Below, in pieces: positions 57,070 through 62,875 of a DNA stretch of 62,875 nt. Source of the DNA: a virus (Duplodnaviria > Caudoviricetes). Below the pieces are notes generated by a model. It ran no database searches, had not been told where the DNA came from, and saw nothing but the letters and a program-made list of their open reading frames with translations. Every line of letters starts with the position of its first letter. Position 1 is the first letter of the stretch. The stretch lies in IMG/VR virus record IMGVR_UViG_3300015245_000040, positions 1-62,875 of that record. The stretch is one strand, 5' to 3'. The translations under genes were made by a program, and so were the position numbers.

Positions 57070-57504
57070 ATGACTGATGAAGTAGAAATTGAAAATGCAG
57101 GTATTCTTGATGCCATCATGACCCGTATAGAATATTTAGCCCAGAATGCTGATACCACTGAGCAGCAGACATTGATTGATAGTGCCCTTAATGCTGAGAT
57201 AAAAGCACGTGAGATACCCCTCAGGATGAAGGAAGTAGACGTAGCAGTGGCCAAAGCCCAAGCAGAGGCCCCTGTCAAGGTAGCTGAACTTCAACGTCAG
57301 ATTGCACGTGAAGAAAATGAGCGATCAGCTAAGGTAGCTCAGATACAGGCTGATACTCAGATTAAGACAGCCCAGATACAAGCCGATGCTCAGGTGAAAG
57401 CAGCGGTCCAAGCAGCCGCCGCTGTTCATAAATGGCGTATTCATTTGATCTGGGGGCTGACGTTGATCGTAGTAGTCACCCTTGCACTCATCATGCATCA
57501 TTGA
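57070..57504 (+). CDS. Coiled-coil protein with C-terminal TM segment
   Basis: GAGGAG RBS; AQIQAD repeats. Confidence 0.7.
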   Translation: MTDEVEIENAGILDAIMTRIEYLAQNADTTEQQTLIDSALNAEIKAREIPLRMKEVDVAVAKAQAEAPVKVAELQRQIAREENERSAKVAQIQADTQIKTAQIQADAQVKAAVQAAAAVHKWRIHLIWGLTLIVVVTLALIMHH

Positions 57505-57690
57505 GGGTTAGACCATGGCTGTAGAACCAAAAACACCAGTGATAAGAAACTACAGGTGCACCAACAAATGCCCTGAGACTCTACAGGCAGTAAAGATGCC
57601 TGCTGAAAGGAAGCCAGAACCCTGTAAAGGTGACCCTCAAGGTAAGCACGATTGGGTCTGGGACAAATAATCAACCAGAAGGAACAATAA

Positions 57691-58068
57691 ATGTTATATG
57701 ATCCTAAGAACGACTACGATGACATTGGTAAAACCCTCCTCAAAACTGCTGATTACCTTGAGGAACATGGTCACTGTAAAGGTAGTTTCAGTGACCTTCA
57801 AGGAAGGGTTTGCCTCTATGGGGCCTTGAATATTGTTATCTACGGTATATCAAACAGACACAACATGTCTGTAGGAAGGTTTAATAGTCTTAAAACAGAA
57901 ACAGTTCTTTGGTATTCCTGCTCTGAGGCTATTGTGGAAGCACATATAAAATTAACAAGAGATATTGAAGGGTCTGTTGTTGACTGGAATGATGCTGTAG
58001 ACCGCACCCCGGATCAGGTAATTGATCTGGTCAGGTTTGCTGCTGAGAAGCATAAGGTTATTGCTTAA
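57691..58068 (+). CDS. DUF6197-like protein
   Basis: ADYLEEHGHCKG...CLYGAL...WND...RT..QVI. Confidence 0.7.
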   Translation: MLYDPKNDYDDIGKTLLKTADYLEEHGHCKGSFSDLQGRVCLYGALNIVIYGISNRHNMSVGRFNSLKTETVLWYSCSEAIVEAHIKLTRDIEGSVVDWNDAVDRTPDQVIDLVRFAAEKHKVIA

Positions 58069-58074
58069 AGGATA

Positions 58075-58110
58075 AATAAAGGGGCTGCTTGATCAAGCAG
58101 CCCCTTTATT
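58075..58110. terminator. Bidirectional intrinsic terminator
   Basis: AATAAAGGGGCTGCTTGATCAAGCAGCCCCTTTATT between convergent genes. Confidence 0.8.
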
Positions 58111-58116
58111 ACAGTT

Positions 58117-58416
58117 TTACATGTTGTGAGGGCGGCCTAAAGCCTCACAAGCCGCCCTGTAGGCGGCCTTGCTATCAGCAAATGGGCCATGAACTACCTT
58201 AAAAGTAGCCCCCCCATACTCATCAACACACCAATTTGGCAGGTAACAATCAGCCCAAAACCAGCCGGCCCCAGATCTTGGGTAGGGGTGCGCGCTATGC
58301 GTGCCACTATGATAATACACCTCAAATGATAACTGTTGAGGAATCACCCCAAAAACGCCTTGAAAATTATCAGCCAATGGTTGAGGTACTGCCAACAGTT
58401 GCTGCAGATTAATCAT
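58117..58416 (-). CDS. Early hypothetical protein
   Basis: GWFW...GPF motif; TGAAAGGGC RBS. Confidence 0.65.
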   Translation of the reverse strand: MINLQQLLAVPQPLADNFQGVFGVIPQQLSFEVYYHSGTHSAHPYPRSGAGWFWADCYLPNWCVDEYGGATFKVVHGPFADSKAAYRAACEALGRPHNM

Positions 58417-58500
58417 GGTTTTGCCCTTTCACTTGGTTGACCCTATATAATAACCTATATGCGTAGAATTTAATAATTAGCTCTATTAAAAGGTTAGATC

Positions 58501-59358
58501 ATGAAAAGTATTCTTATCAGCGGAGCAACCGGTACCATAGGTTCTGCAGTCGTAGCTCAGGCATTAGAAGGTAATTGGGATAGAATTGTTATCTACTCAA
58601 GGTGTGAATATAAACAAGCGTTGATGGAACAGTCCTTAATCAAGCATCATAATTTCCATAAATTACGCTTCTATTTAGGTGATGTACGTGATCTATTACG
58701 ATTAGAAATGGCTATGACTGGGATTACCCATGTGGTTCACTGTGCTGCCCTGAAACGTATCGAAAAATGTGAATCTGACCCTATAGAAGCCATCAGAACT
58801 AATATAGATGGAACTGCAAATGTTATCTACGCAGCCCTTAGTTCAGGTGTTTATCATGTCTGTGCAGTATCGACTGATAAGGCTTTCTCACCTCAATCAT
58901 TATATGGGGCAACCAAACTAACAATGGAACGTTTAGTTCTAGCAGCCAATAATATCAGTGGTGGAAAATGCACCTTCTCAGTAGTCCGTCAAGGTAATAT
59001 ATTTGGATCACGTGGTTCTGTTGTAGAAATATGGACTAAAATGATCCAAAGTGGCTGTAAATCTATACCTGTCAGTGATCCTGATGCTACCCGTTACTTT
59101 GTCCGGCGTGGTGATGCAGCCACTTTTATCATAAATAATCTAGAATTACCTGGATTACACTTACCTGATGATCCCCCTGCTTTCAGGTTAGGTGATCTGG
59201 CTGACGCCATGAGACCCCCTGGGGTCTCAATCCATATCACTGGGTTATTGCCTTACGAGAAATTAAAGGAAGAACTTAATGAAACTCAAAATAGCGGTAA
59301 TGCTCGTCTTCTAAGCGTAGACGAATTACGCTTAGAACTTAAACTCCTTAAATTGTAA
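58501..59358 (+). CDS. UDP-GlcNAc 4,6-dehydratase-like (PseB/FlaA1 family) SDR enzyme
   Basis: SGATGTIG, YSRCEYKQ, GDVRD, HCAALK, STDKA, YGATK, RQGNIFGSRGSV. Confidence 0.88.
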   Translation: MKSILISGATGTIGSAVVAQALEGNWDRIVIYSRCEYKQALMEQSLIKHHNFHKLRFYLGDVRDLLRLEMAMTGITHVVHCAALKRIEKCESDPIEAIRTNIDGTANVIYAALSSGVYHVCAVSTDKAFSPQSLYGATKLTMERLVLAANNISGGKCTFSVVRQGNIFGSRGSVVEIWTKMIQSGCKSIPVSDPDATRYFVRRGDAATFIINNLELPGLHLPDDPPAFRLGDLADAMRPPGVSIHITGLLPYEKLKEELNETQNSGNARLLSVDELRLELKLLKL

Positions 59359-59391
59359 GGAGGTTGGTTTCCCAACCCCCTTAGCCTTTTG

Positions 59392-59727
59392 TTACACCGA
59401 TGCGTTGCCAATGGTAGCAATCTGAGCCGCAAGCTCAGGGGTCTCAGCAACGACTACAGCATAATGGGTCAGCTTCCCAGCATACTGCTGAACCTGTTCC
59501 TTGGTCAGCTCCTTGCCCCTCAGTTCCAGGGGCAGGTTTTCCATGGGAACCTCAGTCACAGCCCGGCAATGCTGGGCCAGATACATAGGCAGCACGCCCA
59601 CCACATGCTTCCCCTTGACATCCCCCACGGTAGCATGGGTGATGACTGGGGTTTCCTGATTGATAAAACCAATATCAATCAGGTAATCCACCAAACCCTG
59701 ATGACGGGTAACAACAATGGTTTCCAT
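59392..59727 (-). CDS. Csx16-like protein
   Basis: VTRHxG, VVGVLPxxLA and LPLELRGKELT motifs. Confidence 0.65.
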   Translation of the reverse strand: METIVVTRHQGLVDYLIDIGFINQETPVITHATVGDVKGKHVVGVLPMYLAQHCRAVTEVPMENLPLELRGKELTKEQVQQYAGKLTHYAVVVAETPELAAQIATIGNASV

Positions 59728-59785
59728 TTGTTTGCCCTTTATTTTGAAGTTACAGAGGCCATATTTCTATGGCCCCTGCCTGCCT

Positions 59786-60049
59786 TTACGCTGCGTGGCG
59801 ATGGTGGTAGGTCTGCTGATCCTTCCAGTAATTCAACTCAGCAGCCAATTGGGTGTTGATCCGGGCGTTGGGTCTGCGACCCAACTGCATCATGGCCTTC
59901 ACCTTGTCCGTGGGCTTGCCCTCACTGGTCCAATCATCAGCGCGGCTGCTTCTTGAACTGAAGTGCCGTTCCTGGTACTGCCACTGGCCGCCGGCGACCT
60001 TGATGATTCGGTGAGCGGGGCTGTTGGCGTGATAAATGGCCTTGCTCAT
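59786..60049 (-). CDS. Early hypothetical protein
   Basis: TGAAAGGGC RBS before MSKAIY. Confidence 0.6.
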   Translation of the reverse strand: MSKAIYHANSPAHRIIKVAGGQWQYQERHFSSRSSRADDWTSEGKPTDKVKAMMQLGRRPNARINTQLAAELNYWKDQQTYHHRHAA

Positions 60050-60176
60050 GTTTCTTGCCCTTTCATGTGCGTTGCTCAACTGCTACAATACCATTGTAGC
60101 TCAGCCCTAAGAAGTTACTACTTGAATCGTATCAGTTGGTTTACCGTTGAAGGGTCAATCAAATGAGGGCAAGCAC

Positions 60177-60422
60177 ATGTCAATCAGTGATGAAATCTGT
60201 GACAGCCATGGCCTTTATGTGTTTTGCATTTGGCCTGCCAACCTGACTGATCCCAACCCTGTGGTAGGGCATGACCACACGCCCCTGACTGCCGGCTACT
60301 ACTACGCGGTAACTGAGGGTGAGGTAACTGGCCCCCTTAGTTTTTTGACCAACCCCGTTGGGCCGTATCTTCTGCGCAAGCAAGCATTGGCAGCTATGCT
60401 GGCTGACATCATTGACGTGTAA
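60177..60422 (+). CDS. Early hypothetical protein
   Basis: TGAGGGC RBS; GYYY...GPY motif. Confidence 0.6.
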   Translation: MSISDEICDSHGLYVFCIWPANLTDPNPVVGHDHTPLTAGYYYAVTEGEVTGPLSFLTNPVGPYLLRKQALAAMLADIIDV

Positions 60423-60433
60423 ATAAAGTAAAT

Positions 60434-60455
60434 GGGGGCTGCTCCGGCAGCCCCT
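60434..60455. terminator. Terminator-like hairpin between convergent genes
   Basis: GGGGCTGC-TCCG-GCAGCCCC. Confidence 0.6.
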
Positions 60456-60464
60456 ACAATTAAA

Positions 60465-60872
60465 TTACTTTAGATAATATGATAAGTGGCACGGGACATC
60501 CCAAGGGCCACAATCCAACAACAGATAATTCTTAAGAAGTTGATAATTAGACTGATTGTAATTAAAGTCTGGCTGCTGGGCTATTTCCTTAAATGTATCT
60601 TTCTTATTTACTTCCTTCAAAACTTCTTTAACAACATCTTTCTTATGCTTGACCGCCTGAGCTACCTGAGTGGAATCATGTCTATGCACATGATAACAAG
60701 TTCTGATTTTGGTTCCCCGATGATAAATATGATCTTCACGGTAAACCTCACGTGCCTGTTCTTCACTTCCATAACACATGGCATAGCCATGTGCTTTGGT
60801 TTCCTTGGCTTGCACCTGTTGACTGGAGGCCAGAACACCTATCAGGGCCAACGCTGTTATCAAGGTTTTCAT
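60465..60872 (-). CDS. Secreted hypothetical protein
   Basis: Signal peptide MKTLITALALIGVLASSQQVQA. Confidence 0.6.
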   Translation of the reverse strand: MKTLITALALIGVLASSQQVQAKETKAHGYAMCYGSEEQAREVYREDHIYHRGTKIRTCYHVHRHDSTQVAQAVKHKKDVVKEVLKEVNKKDTFKEIAQQPDFNYNQSNYQLLKNYLLLDCGPWDVPCHLSYYLK

Positions 60873-61057
60873 TCATGCTTCCCCTTCTTAGGCACAGTGG
60901 ATGTGCCCGTTGATGTTCCTGAGCCGGTACCAGATCTATGGGTATCAACTGGCTTGTGCTTCATGATAATATGCTTAGTCATCCGAGGCACTTCATCTGC
61001 ACCAGTAGGAACTGTGAAATCACAGTGAGGACACTTAATAAGATTAGGCTTAGCCAT
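60869..61057 (-). CDS. Small C2H2-like Zn-finger protein
   Basis: CPHC...HxxxxH; TGAAAGGG RBS. Confidence 0.6.
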   Translation of the reverse strand: MAKPNLIKCPHCDFTVPTGADEVPRMTKHIIMKHKPVDTHRSGTGSGTSTGTSTVPKKGKHE

Positions 61058-61186
61058 TTTGAGGGTCCCTTTCATATGCCCGTGCCGTGCCCTGTGGTGC
61101 GGCCCATATAATAAGGTGGCAACTGTCACCTGATACACAAACCGCACCAGCAGGCTTGACAGGCATGATTTCTGCCATTGTATTAG

Positions 61187-61576
61187 TTACAGGGGCTGCT
61201 TACCCAAATACAAATCAATCTGATCAGCCACCATCTCTGGTGTGACATCCTCAAATTGACGCTTTACCTGATCCATCCAATCACCGCCCCCATAGAAAAT
61301 ATCAGCAGCCTTCTCATAAGGCATCTTCATAAGTTCTGATATATCTTCAACAGCTAGATGAGTGTGTGCAAGCCTAATGTGAACCCCCCACAACTGAGAT
61401 GCCAATCCCATGGCACAGGTTTCACATTTGTTGTAATTCCAACTGAATCCCTTGGGCCACAGGCCCTTGTGCCTGAGCAAATAGGATAATGCCTCCAATG
61501 AAGGCTTATCCAGGCTCAGCAGGGCTTCAACTTCCATACGCTTGATGGTCTCAAGTAACTTAGGGTCCTGATACAT
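61187..61576 (-). CDS. Hypothetical protein
   Basis: TGAAAGGGT RBS; CAMGLA, VTPEMVA. Confidence 0.7.
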   Translation of the reverse strand: MYQDPKLLETIKRMEVEALLSLDKPSLEALSYLLRHKGLWPKGFSWNYNKCETCAMGLASQLWGVHIRLAHTHLAVEDISELMKMPYEKAADIFYGGGDWMDQVKRQFEDVTPEMVADQIDLYLGKQPL

Positions 61577-61646
61577 GCTTTTACCCTTTCAGAATGAAAC
61601 TACCTGCCATTATTACATGACAAGGTAGAAATTGCATGCTGTATCT

Positions 61647-61988
61647 TCAGCGGTGCCTGATACTACCATTTACAGTCTTAACATGACCCCTAATGATTCC
61701 GTCACAATCAACAGCACCATTTACTGTCTGCACAGAACCGTGAATATCACCTTTCACCTCAATGTTCCCATTTGTGAGTGAGACATCACCAGTATTTCCA
61801 GTGATAGTAATCTGCTTACAAATATCAACCTCAAGATAAGTAACTGATCCCTCAATAGTAATAGTAATCTCCTTTGCATCGGGGGTTACATCCTTACCAT
61901 CAATAATAATCTTACCATTGCTAATAATAATACTCCCATTGCTGTTACCAGCAATGGTGACCCCATTGATTGAGACCTTATTAGCCAT
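61647..61988 (-). CDS. Beta-solenoid repeat protein
   Basis: GxVxTVNG repeats. Confidence 0.7.
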   Translation of the reverse strand: MANKVSINGVTIAGNSNGSIIISNGKIIIDGKDVTPDAKEITITIEGSVTYLEVDICKQITITGNTGDVSLTNGNIEVKGDIHGSVQTVNGAVDCDGIIRGHVKTVNGSIRHR

Positions 61989-62144
61989 TTCACTGCCCTT
62001 TTCTAAAAGTTAGCCCACCAATGCCTCAGGAACTTAATGGGGTGCTTAATCCCACACGCCCAGCAAGGTATCATCTGAGTATGCCCATGATGACAGCGCC
62101 AAAAAGTCCCACTATCAATCATGAACTGATTGGATTCATAGAGG

Positions 62145-62339
62145 TTATTTCTCATTGTTTACCCTTTTTGTATTCAGATAAATTAACTTACGTAACAGAT
62201 CAGTTTCAGCATTAATTTCCTTTATTCGTTGCTCCAATACAGAAACCCTACGTTCAGCCTCAAGAACTTCAGGGGAAGGCTTATATAGTCCCAACCATTC
62301 ACACGCCTTGAAGAATTTTATCCACATGTGATATGACAT
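62145..62339 (-). CDS. Hypothetical protein
   Basis: 64-aa ORF. Confidence 0.45.
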   Translation of the reverse strand: MSYHMWIKFFKACEWLGLYKPSPEVLEAERRVSVLEQRIKEINAETDLLRKLIYLNTKRVNNEK

Positions 62340-62364
62340 AGGTTTGCCATTTAGTTTGAGCTAA

Positions 62365-62395
62365 ACAGGGGGGGGGCTAGCCCCCCCCCCCTGTT
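62365..62395 (-). terminator. Poly-G/poly-C hairpin terminator
   Basis: AACAG(n)-CTAG-C(n)TGTT directly after the stop of 62397..62654. Confidence 0.65.
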
Positions 62396-62396
62396 A

Positions 62397-62654
62397 TCAG
62401 GCCGTTTTACGCCACAAAATCTGTAAATCTTTTGTGGGCAACCAAATAGGCCAAAATCGCTTACTGCTATCACGGTTTGTCAAGTCAGGGTCAGTATTGG
62501 CAAAGCGGCCGTTACTAATCTCCCCAGTGTTGATCACCAGGGTTTCTTCACCCCGCTGCTCAATAACCTTGAAAAACAACCGGTAATTCAGTTCTTCAGT
62601 AATGCACTGAACCACATCACCAGCTTGAAGTTCTTTCACATCAACTATTTGCAT
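62397..62654 (-). CDS. Early hypothetical protein
   Basis: TGAAAGGGC RBS. Confidence 0.65.
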   Translation of the reverse strand: MQIVDVKELQAGDVVQCITEELNYRLFFKVIEQRGEETLVINTGEISNGRFANTDPDLTNRDSSKRFWPIWLPTKDLQILWRKTA

Positions 62655-62767
62655 CACATTGCCCTTTCAATTGACTGCCTCAACAGTAAACACTGGTTTT
62701 ACATAAATAACTAGGTAAATCTAATAATACCATGCATGCTAAGGTACTACACCATGAGGGCAAAGCC

Positions 62768-62875
62768 ATGAAAAAATCCTATGTGATTTCTATCTACCTG
62801 ACTGACAAAGCCTTTGGGGGCAGTGAAGAGGGGGGATGGTGGTATACTTGTGGGGAACACATCAAAACCATCAAA
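62768..62875 (+). CDS. Hypothetical protein, 3'-truncated
   Basis: TGAGGGCAAAGCC-ATG; MKKSYVISIYLTDKAFGGSEEGGWWY... Confidence 0.65.
   Translation, partial: MKKSYVISIYLTDKAFGGSEEGGWWYTCGEHIKTIK

Noticed and set aside
1-62875. Stop-codon reassignment
   Set aside because: Long genes read through under the standard code, the capsid breaks are explained by introns, and no suppressor tRNA is present.
1-62875. Diversity-generating retroelement, retron or integrase module
   Set aside because: No reverse transcriptase or recombinase motifs, and no template/variable repeat pair seen in the window.

Overview
This is a 62.9-kb piece of a tailed dsDNA phage genome, mostly AT-rich. The host is probably an alphaproteobacterium, inferred from the GAAAGG-type ribosome-binding sites and the gene content. 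Positions 1-39.3 kb form a mostly minus-strand late region headed by a NusG-family factor. It holds the terminase, portal, scaffold, a class II ribonucleotide reductase, Gly-rich and tail-like proteins, a tRNA cluster, and a major capsid gene split by five group I introns. Positions 39.4-44.6 kb carry nucleotide-metabolism and homing-endonuclease genes, and 44.7-62.9 kb carry small early-type genes. Four observations stand out. (1) A 3.55-kb island (44744-48298) completely lacks AGA/CGA/GGA and TCT/TCG/TCC, and early genes use a GGA-free RBS motif. (2) The six capsid exons do not join in frame, and a conserved segment of roughly 38 aa is missing exactly at intron 3, which carries a non-nuclease ORF. 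(3) Two HNH cassettes have each split a tRNA gene in its anticodon loop while supplying a replacement tRNA with the same anticodon. (4) There is a ~320-nt closed RNA structure containing a tRNA-like domain. All protein family calls come from motif recognition by eye; no searches were run.
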